From assembly GCA_965205505.1 (NCBI GenBank), contig CBDBHB010000009.1, positions 256,001-320,000 on the forward strand: a stretch of 64,000 bases of DNA, given 5' to 3'. The position numbers were made by a program, and so were the translations under genes. Of the stretch, positions 53,884 to 63,433 are shown one piece after another (position 1 is the stretch's first letter; every line of letters starts with the position of its first letter). Source of the DNA: Acidobacteriota bacterium. GTDB taxonomy: Bacteria > Acidobacteriota > UBA890 > WLXD01. The notes beneath the pieces were generated by a model. That model ran no database searches, was not told where the DNA came from, and worked only from the letters and a program-made list of their open reading frames with translations.

Positions 53884-54411
53884 ATGGAGAACAAGGTGAT
53901 GGCTATCAACAAGGCCGTTCGTGACGGACTCCAAGCAGAACAAGCAGACGTTGCGGATGAGGTGGCTCAACTTGAGGCACGGCTGCAGTGGCTCAAGACA
54001 CGACAGGACGCCCTTCGCTTAATCCTGGACCAAGAAACCGCACCGGACGCCGGACTGCGCCAACTCGGTGTTCGTGATGCGGCCCGAGCGGTACTCAAGG
54101 AGGCTGGGGCGCTGAAGCCTGCGCAGGTCACGCAGATTCTGCGCGATCGTGGCTATCAGTTCAAAGGAAAGATGAAGCCTGGAGCGCGTGTCGGGCAGGA
54201 GCTTTGGGCAATGGCCAAGTCGGGCACGTTGAGCAAGAACTCCGCTGGAGAGTACTTCTTGCCCGGTGAGGAACAAGACGAACCGGACACGGCTGCGCCA
54301 CCACCGCCCAGCTCCGATGAGGATGCCTTAGCCGTTGTCCGGAACGAATCAGCCGGCGCAACAGGTGCGGACAGCGTCACCGAGGCAGAAGGGTCAGGAG
54401 CATCGAGTTGA
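53884..54411 (+). CDS. Coiled-coil plus winged-HTH hypothetical protein
   Basis: N-terminal heptads; DAARAVLKEAG.LKPAQVTQILRDRGY...GEYFL. Confidence 0.6.
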   Translation: MENKVMAINKAVRDGLQAEQADVADEVAQLEARLQWLKTRQDALRLILDQETAPDAGLRQLGVRDAARAVLKEAGALKPAQVTQILRDRGYQFKGKMKPGARVGQELWAMAKSGTLSKNSAGEYFLPGEEQDEPDTAAPPPPSSDEDALAVVRNESAGATGADSVTEAEGSGASS

Positions 54412-54658
54412 CGGTCTTGAGGTGGTGCCGGTGAGTTCCACTCCATTCGAGCCGTCACTGCCGGGTGATGGACCTTAGCCCCTTCGGCGGCGCTCAGGGT
54501 CCGGTGGCGTTTGTCTTTCACGACGGCGGCACGACGCCGCTCGATCATTCCTTTCACTTCCTCGACGCCGATGGTGGTTCCGAAGTTACCCCGGAACTGT
54601 GCGCCGCCGAGACCGGTGGCCGCGTCCACGCATCTGCTCGAAGTCCGCGACGAGAAGC

Positions 54659-55918
54659 TGACCTGACCCCACGGTTAGTACCACGTCTTATCTCAGTAAC
54701 TCGGTGCTGACAAGGGGTTGTTGAGGCCGGCGAAGCGGAGCGTAGCCGGCTTCAACAACAGCGCCTCCGGGGCCGGTGGTCGGTAGCCCAACGAGCTGTG
54801 CGGTCGCATGCGGTTGTACTGCTGCCTCCATCTCTCGATCAGAACCTTTGCCTCCTTGAGCGTGTAGAAGATCTCGCCGTTGAGCAGCTCGTCTCGGAGC
54901 TTGCCGTTGAAGCTCTCCACGTAGCCGTTCTCCCACGGCGAGCCCGGCTCGATGAACAGCGTGCCCACACCGAGCCTACCGAGCCAGTCGCGAACCGCCT
55001 CGGCGGTGAACTCCGGTCCGTTATCGGACCGGATGTGCTCAGGTATGCCCCGGTGCACGAACAACCACCCGAGCCGCTCGAGCACGTCCTCACAGTTGAG
55101 CTTCCGTGCCACGTCGATCGCCAGGCTTTCTCGTGTGTACTCATCGACGATCGTCAGCAGCCTCATAGCCCGACCCTCGTGCGTCCGGTGATGAACGAAG
55201 TCATACGCCCAGACGTGATCTTTGCGCTGTGGTCGCAGCCGGATGCACGAGCCATCGCTGAGCCACAGCCGGGCTCGTTTGGGCTGCTTTGTCGGTACTT
55301 TCAGCCCCTCACGCCTCCAGATACGCTGCACTCGTTTGTGGTTCACCCACCAGCCCTCCATACGCAACAACGCCGTCACTCGCCGATACCCGTAGCGCCC
55401 GTATTGTCGGGCTAGATCCACGATCCGCTCCGTCAACATCTGCTCATCGCCCGGTTCTCTTGGCATGTACCTGTGTGTCGTGCGTGGTTGTTTCAGTACC
55501 CGGCACGCCCGCCTCTCGGAGACGCCCAGCCGCCCCTGTACATGCGCCACCGCCTCGCGCCGTCGAGCTGGGCTCAGAAGTTTCCCTCCGCGACTTCCTT
55601 CAGGATCGACAGGTCGAGCTCTTTCTCCGCCACCAGTTTCTTGAGCCGGGCGTTTTCTTTCTCCAGCTGCTTGAGCCTTCTGGCCTGGTTGACCTTCAGC
55701 CCCCCGTACTCCCGCCGCCACCGATAGTAGGTGTGCTCGGTGATCGCTAGCTTGCGGCAGGCATCCTTGACCGTCCCGCCTTGCGCCAGCTCCACTTCAG
55801 CCTCCCGGAGCTTGCGTACGATCTGCTCGGCGCTGTGCCTCTTCGTCGGCATTCTGACCTCCCCTTTTCGACCCAGATCGTGAGATTACCTCTGGATCCG
55901 TTTTGGGGGGTCAGGTCA
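54659..55918 (-). mobile_element. IS407-group element, complete, 1260 bp (copy 2)
   Basis: Same ends and identical translated ORFs as 41782-43041. Confidence 0.95.
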
Positions 55919-56883
55919 GAGGAAGGGCGGGTGAGGACGAGCCCGGAGGGGCTGGCGAGGCGGTTCGGGTGCGAGGAGCCCGCTCGAGTAGTGCTGGAGG
56001 TTGGAACGCACTCGCCGTGGATGAGTGAGCAGTTGAAGCAACTGGGTCATGAGGTGCTGGTGGCTAACCCGAGGCGGCTGAAGCTGATCTATGGCGAGCA
56101 CGACAAGACCGACCGGTTGGATGCCGAGCACCTGGCACGAGTGGGCAGAATGGACCCAAAGCTGCTTAAGACGGTGCAGCATCGAGGCAGACAAGCGCGA
56201 GCGGATCTAGCCGTGATTCGGAGCCGAGATGCTCTGGTAAAGAGCCCACGCAGTTGGTGAGCCATGTGCGTGGTGCGGTCAAGTCGGCCGGTTGTCGTAT
56301 TCCCAGGTGCTCGACGCCGGCGTTCGCGCGCACCGCGCCAGAGCACATACCGGAGCGGCTCAAGGGAGCGCTCGAGCCGGTGCTTGAAACGATCGCCATG
56401 CTGACGGGCAACATCCAGCAATACGAGCGTCAGATCGTGCAGCTGTGCCAGGGGCGATACCCGGAGACACAGCAGCTCCAGCAAGTGGCCGGGGTCGGAG
56501 CTCTGACCGCACTGGCGTATGTGCTGACGCTCGAGGAGCCGGAGCGGTTCAATACCTCCAGAGCCGTGGGCCCGTACCTGGGACTGAGACCGAAGAAACG
56601 GCAGTCGGGGGACAAGGACCCTGCGCTACGAATAACCAAGGCGGGCGACAAAATGCTCCGACGCCTGTTGGTGGGCTCGGCGCATTACATCCTGGGCCCC
56701 TTCGGGCCCGATACTGAGCTCAGACGCTGGGGGCTCAAGCTGGCCGGACGCGGTGGTCCTCATGGCAACAAAAAGGCAGCAGTTGCTGTCGCCCGTAAGC
56801 TCGCCGTTGTGCTGCACCGACTGTGGCTGAGTGGAGACGAGTACGAACCGTTGCGCGCACCTGTAGAGGTTTCAGCAGCATGA
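55919..56883 (+). pseudogene. IS110-family (IS1111-type) DEDD recombinase, 5'-truncated and frameshifted near 56245
   Basis: VVLEVG, KTDRLDAEHLA, GVG.LTA, YLGLRP..RQSG, AVARKL. Confidence 0.92.
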
Positions 56884-57145
56884 ACTAACCCGCAACCAGG
56901 AGGTCGGTAGGGCGACGCGACCCAACGGTTATCGATCTGACCGCCCGGTCCGGGCGACTGCGAAGGTCACTACGAGCTTCGAGCTCGGCAGCTAGATTGC
57001 AGCGCCTCGAATCGGGACGGACCCCAGAATGCACCGGACGACCTGAATCCTCGTCCACCAGAGTGCGAATAGGAGCATGGCGTGCAGATCGATTCTTCGC
57101 TGGGCACCACATTGCCCTTGACCGAACTAGGCCTTCTCATAGAAG
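56884..57145 (+). ncRNA. IS1111-type 3' non-coding end encoding a putative bridge/seekRNA
   Basis: About 260-nt non-coding tail with a stem/guide/hairpin/guide/stem module at 56958-57002, a TTGAC -35-like box and an end at CATAGAAG. Confidence 0.7.
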
Positions 57146-57589
57146 TGGCCTGTAACAGATGATCGTCGCATATCGCAGATGGGATTTGCGGGTGAGATCA
57201 AGGCGCGGCGAGGATGTCGATGCTAGCAGGCCGTGATGGAAGTGTGGTGGGTCTGGCAAGTGGGACTCACGGGCTAGGGCAAGGATCGACGATGAGGCGA
57301 TGCTGGAGCCATCGTCGAGGAGGAGAGACGCCGCCATCGCCCGTGACTCCCACTTGCCCTACGGGTTACCCATCACACTTCCATCACGACCTGCTGGGGC
57401 ATCGTCGACGAGGCGCAACGCCGATATCGCCCGCAACTGCCCATCTGTCCGGAGGATGGCGGCGAAATCGGCCCGTCTGCGGCGTTGCTCCTCCTCCAAG
57501 ATGGGCAAACATCGTCTCGTCGTCGCGCCTGGCATCCGGACCCATTTCGCCACCACGATAAGCAACGATCATCTGTTACCGGTCACTAG
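57144..57589. repeat. Palindromic MITE/REP-like element (outer)
   Basis: TIRs AGTGGCCTGTAACAGATGATCGT / ACGATCATCTGTTACCGGTCACT(AG). Confidence 0.85.
57223..57397. repeat. Palindromic MITE nested in the outer element
   Basis: About 50-bp arms CTAGCAGGCCGTGATGGAAGTGTG...GGCAAGTGGGACTCACGGGC and the inverted counterpart at 57339-57397. Confidence 0.85.
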
Positions 57590-60381
57590 AACGTGCGGTC
57601 GAACCACTCGTCCTTCAGCACCGTGACGTCGCCGGTGAGCTCCTGCCCGTCGACGAGTAGCCTTACCGTGTACGCGCCGTGCTTGGCGCGGATGTGCTTG
57701 AAATCCCGCTCGCGCCATTCCGGCAGCGTGTGCACCCAGACGTTCAACGGTCGGCCGTAGATGCTCACCTCGCTGTCGGCGGCGGCAAAGTGATCCGTGC
57801 CGTCGTAGTAATCGAAGTATTCCTCCTCCGAGCGCACTCCGCGGTTCCACTCCTCCCAGTCGCGCTTTTCCTCCTCGGTTCGGGGGATTCGCTCGGTCAG
57901 GTACCACTCGACGAAGTTCAATCCTTCCTCGCCGGAACCGCGGTACTCATTGACCAGCGTCGTGCCGCGGTAGATCTGCACCGTGACCGGGCCCGAGGCG
58001 GGCTGGCGCAGCGTGTAGTGCACGACGGCTCCCTTCGGCGCGTTCTCGCCCTCGTAGTTTTGATAGATGGAAGCGACCTGAGTCTGGCGGGCAGAGATCC
58101 ACAACACCTGAGGCGCCACATCGAACAGGTGCACGTCTTCGGCCAGGGTCTGGCGCGTTATCTCCTGCAGTGGCGAGATGTCGGCGATCCAGAAGCTTCG
58201 TCCGTAGGTGCCCACAACCAGGTCGTTGTCGCGCGGATGGATCACCAGGTCGTGGATCGGCACGTTCGGCATGTTGTTGCGCAACGAGGACCAGGAGTTG
58301 CCGCCATCGAATGAGACATAGATGCCCTTGGCGGTGCCCACGAACAGCAGGTCGGGGTTGCGGTGATCCTCGCGAATCACGTTGACTGGCTCGTCGGCCG
58401 GCAAACCGCCGCTGATCGAGCGCCAGGTCTCCCCGAAATCGTCGGTCCGGTAAACGTACGGTCGTAGGTCGCGACGATCCCGGCGACCACCGCTGGCGGT
58501 CACGTACGCCCTGCCGGCTGCGTGATTCGATGCCTCCAGGCGGGTGACGTTGTAGTTGTGCCAATCGGGGATCGCGTTGCTGGCACGCTGCCAGCTCGCG
58601 CCATCGTCGCGAGTCACCCAGACGTTGCCGTTGTCGGTTCCGGCCCAGATGACGCCTTGCTGCACCGGCGACTCATCGAGTGTGCTGATCGTGCCGTTGA
58701 CGCGGCGCTCGAACACTGCGCCGCCGTCCTCCGACAGGTCAGGGCTGATCTCCGCCCAGGCCGCGCCGCGGAACGGCGAGCGCAGCAGCACGTTGGCTCC
58801 GTGGTAGATCACATCAGGGTTGTGCGGCGAGATCAGGATCGGTGCGATGAAGTTGAAGCGCACTCCCTCGGCACGGTAGCGGATTCGGGTGCGCACGCCG
58901 GTGCGCTGGTCGTTGCGCGAGATGCTGCCGTTCTGCGACTCCACATAGAGCCAGCGATTGTCGGACGGGTCGATCTGGGCGTAGGAGCCGTCGGCGCCGC
59001 CGACGTGTTCCCAGTCCTCGAAGCGAATCGGCCATCGTCCCCGCTTGGTGCTCGGGCCACGCCAGGTGCCGAAGTCCTGCATGCCGCCGTAGACGTTGTA
59101 TGGCCGCGCCATGTCCACGCCGACGGCTTCGAGCTGCCCGAGCGGCAGGTTGTCGGGGTGGTACCAGGTGTCGCCGTTGGAATAGGAGATCGCCAGGCCA
59201 TAGTCGTAGCCCAGAATGATGTGGTCGCTGTTGGTCGGGTTGATCCACATGGCCTGGTTGTCGCCAGCGAAGCGGATCATCTTCTGCCAGGTGCGTCCGC
59301 CGTCCGGCGTGCCTTGCACGCCCGTGTTGAGCACGTAGATCCGATCGGCGTCGCTCGGATCAATGCGGATCTGACCAAAGCGGGATGATCCGGTGAGCTC
59401 GTACTCATCGGGATCGGGTCCGATTGCGTCCCACGTAGCACCCGCATCGACGCTGCGCCAGGCGGTGTTGCGGTACCGATCGCGGCTGCTCCCATCCCAA
59501 TCCGGTCGCTGTACGAGGATGCAGGCGACCAGGATGTCCGGGTCGCTCAGATAAATATCGAGGCCGATCCGATCCATGCTTCTCGTCGGTAGCCCGCCCT
59601 CGAGCCGCGCCCAGCTGTTGCCGCCGTCGGTGGTCTTGTAGATGCCGCTGCCGCCGCCGTCGTTGCGGTCCCAGGCTGAGGCGTAAAGCACATCTGGATC
59701 GCGCGGGTCTATGATCAGATCCGCGGCGCCAACGTGATGGTCTTCGTGGCGCAGCGCCAGCGAGCGCACCCAAGTGGCACCGCCGTCGGTGCTCCGGAAG
59801 ACGCCCTTCTCCGCGCTATCGGTCACCCAGTTGCCGGCCGCCGCGACGTACAGCGTGTCCGGGTCGTCAGGGTGGACGCGGATACGCGTGATGTAGAGCG
59901 AATCGTCGAGCCCTCGATAGCTCCAGGTGGCGCCGCCATCGCCGCTGCGGAAGATCCCTTCTCCCCAGTACGAACCGTTGCCGGTGCCGACGTAGAGCAC
60001 CTCCGGGTCGGAGTGGGCCACCGCGACGTCGCCGATCGAGTTGATCGGCACATCGTCGAAGATCGGCTTCCAGGTGATGCCGGCGTCGGTGGTCTTCCAC
60101 AGTCCGCCGGTCGAAGCCGCGGCGTAGAACGTGAACGGCTGTCTTGCCGGATCCGGCGCGCCGATGTCCATGATGCGGCCGCCTTGCTTGGTGCCGCCAA
60201 TGGAGCGGAAGTGGATGCGGTCAAGGATCGAGCGTGGAACGCTCAGCGTTGCGCCAGAATCCTGCTGACCGAGCTGCGGTACCGCATCGGCGCGCCTCGA
60301 CAAGAGTGGCACGGCGGCGACAACCAGCGTAGCGATAGCCAGCGCGGATACGAGGCGGCTTTGTCCGAATGCACGGGACAT
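57586..60381 (-). CDS. VPS10/BNR-repeat beta-propeller glycosyl-hydrolase-like protein
   Basis: Many S/T-x-D-x-G-x-T/S-W Asp boxes; GGMQDFG; GTYGRS; signal peptide. Confidence 0.93.
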   Translation of the reverse strand: MSRAFGQSRLVSALAIATLVVAAVPLLSRRADAVPQLGQQDSGATLSVPRSILDRIHFRSIGGTKQGGRIMDIGAPDPARQPFTFYAAASTGGLWKTTDAGITWKPIFDDVPINSIGDVAVAHSDPEVLYVGTGNGSYWGEGIFRSGDGGATWSYRGLDDSLYITRIRVHPDDPDTLYVAAAGNWVTDSAEKGVFRSTDGGATWVRSLALRHEDHHVGAADLIIDPRDPDVLYASAWDRNDGGGSGIYKTTDGGNSWARLEGGLPTRSMDRIGLDIYLSDPDILVACILVQRPDWDGSSRDRYRNTAWRSVDAGATWDAIGPDPDEYELTGSSRFGQIRIDPSDADRIYVLNTGVQGTPDGGRTWQKMIRFAGDNQAMWINPTNSDHIILGYDYGLAISYSNGDTWYHPDNLPLGQLEAVGVDMARPYNVYGGMQDFGTWRGPSTKRGRWPIRFEDWEHVGGADGSYAQIDPSDNRWLYVESQNGSISRNDQRTGVRTRIRYRAEGVRFNFIAPILISPHNPDVIYHGANVLLRSPFRGAAWAEISPDLSEDGGAVFERRVNGTISTLDESPVQQGVIWAGTDNGNVWVTRDDGASWQRASNAIPDWHNYNVTRLEASNHAAGRAYVTASGGRRDRRDLRPYVYRTDDFGETWRSISGGLPADEPVNVIREDHRNPDLLFVGTAKGIYVSFDGGNSWSSLRNNMPNVPIHDLVIHPRDNDLVVGTYGRSFWIADISPLQEITRQTLAEDVHLFDVAPQVLWISARQTQVASIYQNYEGENAPKGAVVHYTLRQPASGPVTVQIYRGTTLVNEYRGSGEEGLNFVEWYLTERIPRTEEEKRDWEEWNRGVRSEEEYFDYYDGTDHFAAADSEVSIYGRPLNVWVHTLPEWRERDFKHIRAKHGAYTVRLLVDGQELTGDVTVLKDEWFDRTF

Positions 60382-60513
60382 CAGAGGTTGCTCCTGCGGC
60401 GAAAGGCACGACTGGACGGGCACCGCGAGCGAGTGTATACAATATTCAAAACACAAAGAAGGGAAGCTAGGCGCGCGGCTCCGGCTGTGGCTCAGCCAAT
60501 CGTAGACAGGCCA

Positions 60514-62253
60514 CTAACGAGCCACCGCGGGGCGGGAGGCAAGCACACCGCGGCCTTGCTGGATGACGAAGCGCCGGTTGGCGGCGAGGTCGTTCAGTAC
60601 CTCGCGGCCGCCACCCGGCCAGCGGATCGTCAGGTTGGCCGAGGACGCGGCACCGAGCCCGATATGCAACGTCAGGTCGTTGGTCGACGCGTACGACGCA
60701 CCGGCCACCACCTCTCGTATGAGGTGCCCGGCGCCGGCGACCTCCGCATTCGTGGACGTTACCTCGACGCGCGCCCCCACCGCGTTGCGGTTGGCCTGGC
60801 GGCCGATCAGTCGCAGCTGGATCCAGTTGCCCGCGACCGTGTCGTTGCGCAGATAGTCGGCGGCCTGGTTGCTGTTGGAGACCACGACATCGAGGTCCCC
60901 GTCGTTGTCGACGTCGCCGACGACGCTACCGCGAGAAACTTTGACCAGCCCCATGCCACTTCCGGCTTCAGCATGCACTTCGGCAAATAGCCCGCTGCCG
61001 TCGTTGATGTACAGGTGGTTGGGCTGCGGGTAGGTGCGCTCGGCGAGCGCCGAGCCGGCGACGCCCTCGCGGAACTCGGCGATGTTGTCGATGATATGCC
61101 CGTTGGCGACGAACAGGTCGAGGTCGCCGTCGGCGTCGACATCGAACCAGTTGGTGCCGAAGCCGACGAGCAGCAGGCTGGGTTCGCCGATACCGCTGGC
61201 GTAGCTGTGGTCGACAAACGCCGCGTCGCCGAGGTTGCGGTACAGCGTGTTGGTCTCGAGCGTCAGGTTGGTGACGATCAGGTCGAGATCGCCATCGGCG
61301 TCGAAGTCGCCGAAGTCGGTCCCCATGCCGGCCTGGGTGCGCCCGTCCTCGCTGTAGCCGACGCCGGCAAGGAAGGAGTCGTCGACGAAGGTGCCGTCGC
61401 CCTGGTTGGTGTACAGGAAGTTGCGCGTCGAGTCATTGGCCACGTAGATGTCGGGGTCGCCGTCGTTGTCGTAGTCGCCCCAGACCACCCCCAGCCCCTT
61501 GCCGTCGATCCGGTCGTCGATGCCGGCGATGGCGCCGATCTCGACGAACGTTCCGTCGGCGCGGTTCTCGTACAGCCGGTCGGGGACGGCGTTGTAGACG
61601 TCGGGGTGACAGTACGCCGAGATCTGTCGACCGGCGTCGCCACAGAACTTGTTGTTGTCCCAGTCGAAGTCGACGTAGTTGGCGACGTACAGATCGAGAT
61701 CTCCGTCGCCGTCGAAGTCGCCCCATGCAGCCGACGAGCCCCAGAGGTCGTCGCCCGTGCCGGCATCGTCGGCACGGCTGAAGGTGCCGTCGCCGTTGTT
61801 GCGCCACAGGTTGTTGGCGCCGAAGTTGGTGATGTAGAGGTCGGGGAAGCCATCGTTGTCGTAGTCCGCGGCGGCGACCCCGGCGCCGTAGCCCTCCTCG
61901 ATCAACTGGGAGGCCGCCGTCGCGTCGCGGAACGAGCTCCCGGCGTTGCGAAACAGCCGATCGGTCAGCGGCCCGTCGGTGACGAAACCGGGCGTCGCCC
62001 CCTGCTGCACGAGATAGGCGTCGACCCGTCCGTCCATGTCGATGTCGACCAGCGCCAGGCCGGAGCCCATGGTCTCGACCATATAGCGCTCGCCGGTGCC
62101 GCCGTGACGGTGTTCGAAGGCCAGCCCCGAGGTCGCCGTGGCGTCGGCCAGCAGCACTTGCCGTGCCGGGGCAACGGCCGCCAGCGCGGGTTGAGGCCGG
62201 GCGAATCCCGGCTGGGCGAGCGCCAGCGTCAGCAAGATGGCTAGGCGCAGCAT
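60514..62253 (-). CDS. CRTAC1-family protein (FG-GAP repeats plus ASPIC/UnbV)
   Basis: DxDxDGDxDL repeats; NRNAVGARV; HIGLG..IRWPGG. Confidence 0.93.
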   Translation of the reverse strand: MLRLAILLTLALAQPGFARPQPALAAVAPARQVLLADATATSGLAFEHRHGGTGERYMVETMGSGLALVDIDMDGRVDAYLVQQGATPGFVTDGPLTDRLFRNAGSSFRDATAASQLIEEGYGAGVAAADYDNDGFPDLYITNFGANNLWRNNGDGTFSRADDAGTGDDLWGSSAAWGDFDGDGDLDLYVANYVDFDWDNNKFCGDAGRQISAYCHPDVYNAVPDRLYENRADGTFVEIGAIAGIDDRIDGKGLGVVWGDYDNDGDPDIYVANDSTRNFLYTNQGDGTFVDDSFLAGVGYSEDGRTQAGMGTDFGDFDADGDLDLIVTNLTLETNTLYRNLGDAAFVDHSYASGIGEPSLLLVGFGTNWFDVDADGDLDLFVANGHIIDNIAEFREGVAGSALAERTYPQPNHLYINDGSGLFAEVHAEAGSGMGLVKVSRGSVVGDVDNDGDLDVVVSNSNQAADYLRNDTVAGNWIQLRLIGRQANRNAVGARVEVTSTNAEVAGAGHLIREVVAGASYASTNDLTLHIGLGAASSANLTIRWPGGGREVLNDLAANRRFVIQQGRGVLASRPAVAR

Positions 62254-62371
62254 GCGCAGGCCGTAAGCGAGTAACTCGGTACAATACACTCAGAACATAT
62301 TACCGGCCCCGCGGCCGATCCGAACCGTGTTCGCCAAGCCCCGCCGGGCCCGTGAACCAGGAGGCTCGATA

Positions 62372-63430
62372 ATGCAGTGGCAGCTGAGGCAGGCGTGGCC
62401 GAAGGCGCGGATATTCGTCCCGGCGCTGACGTTGGCCCTGGTGATGTTGTTGGTGGCTTTCGTCGGGGCGCAGCGCAGCACGCGGCTGCGCGGTGTCGTT
62501 GTCGATGCGGCCGGAGAGCCGCTCGAGGGCGTCGCCGTGACTTCGGTTAACGAGAATTTCGCGCCTGGCAGGTTCACCGCCGTGACCGACGATCGCGGTC
62601 AGTGGGCGATGATCGGTTTTGGCGACCGCACGGCTCCGTGGAATTTCGCGTTCGAGCTCGAAGGCTATGTCACGGTGCAGGTGAGCCAATGCGTCAAGCC
62701 GCTGGCTCGAAGGTGTCGTGCGGGTGCGGCGGCGGTGACCACTTGTACCGATAGCTTCGGGGCGACGGGTGGCGCCTGTAACGCCGACCTCGACGTGACG
62801 TTGCAGCAGATGACCGAGAGTGGTGCCACCGACGCTGGCGGCGGTGTGGGGGACGAGTCCATCAATGCCGACAACTACTGGAACGGTGTCGCCGCGTTCG
62901 AATCCGACGATTTCGCCGGTGCCGTGGAGAGCTGGCAGGCCTTCGTAGTTGACAACCCCGACAACTTCGCGGTTTGGCTGCGCCTTGCCGAAGCCTATGT
63001 TCGAGTGGACAGCATCGCGCCGGCGCAAGCCGCCTACCAGCGGGTGCTGGTGTTGTCGCCCGAACACCAGACCGCATTGTTCATGCTGGCGAGCCTGAGC
63101 TCCAACGCCGGAGATCTGGAAACGGCGCTCGACTATTTCGAACGGGTCATCGTCCAAGACCCCGAGAACGCCTCGCTCTACTACAACATCGGAGAGATCT
63201 ACTTCCAGCAGAGCCGTGCCGCCGAGGCCGTTTCCTTCTACTCGCGGGCACTCGAGGTCGATCCGCAGTACAGCGTCGCCTACAAGCAGCTCGGCTTTGC
63301 CCATGTGAACAGCGGTCAGATGGAGCAGGCGATTGCGGCGTTCGAGAGCTACATCGAGATGGTACCCGCAGACGGCGAAGAGGCCGCTATCGTGAACGAC
63401 ATCCTCGCAGCGCTGCGGGAGTCGCAGTAG
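62372..63430 (+). CDS. Carboxypeptidase-regulatory-like domain plus TPR protein
   Basis: GVVVDAAGEPLEGV..TDDRG; TPRs such as YYNIGEIYF; AGGAGG RBS. Confidence 0.9.
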   Translation: MQWQLRQAWPKARIFVPALTLALVMLLVAFVGAQRSTRLRGVVVDAAGEPLEGVAVTSVNENFAPGRFTAVTDDRGQWAMIGFGDRTAPWNFAFELEGYVTVQVSQCVKPLARRCRAGAAAVTTCTDSFGATGGACNADLDVTLQQMTESGATDAGGGVGDESINADNYWNGVAAFESDDFAGAVESWQAFVVDNPDNFAVWLRLAEAYVRVDSIAPAQAAYQRVLVLSPEHQTALFMLASLSSNAGDLETALDYFERVIVQDPENASLYYNIGEIYFQQSRAAEAVSFYSRALEVDPQYSVAYKQLGFAHVNSGQMEQAIAAFESYIEMVPADGEEAAIVNDILAALRESQ

Positions 63431-63433
63431 AGC

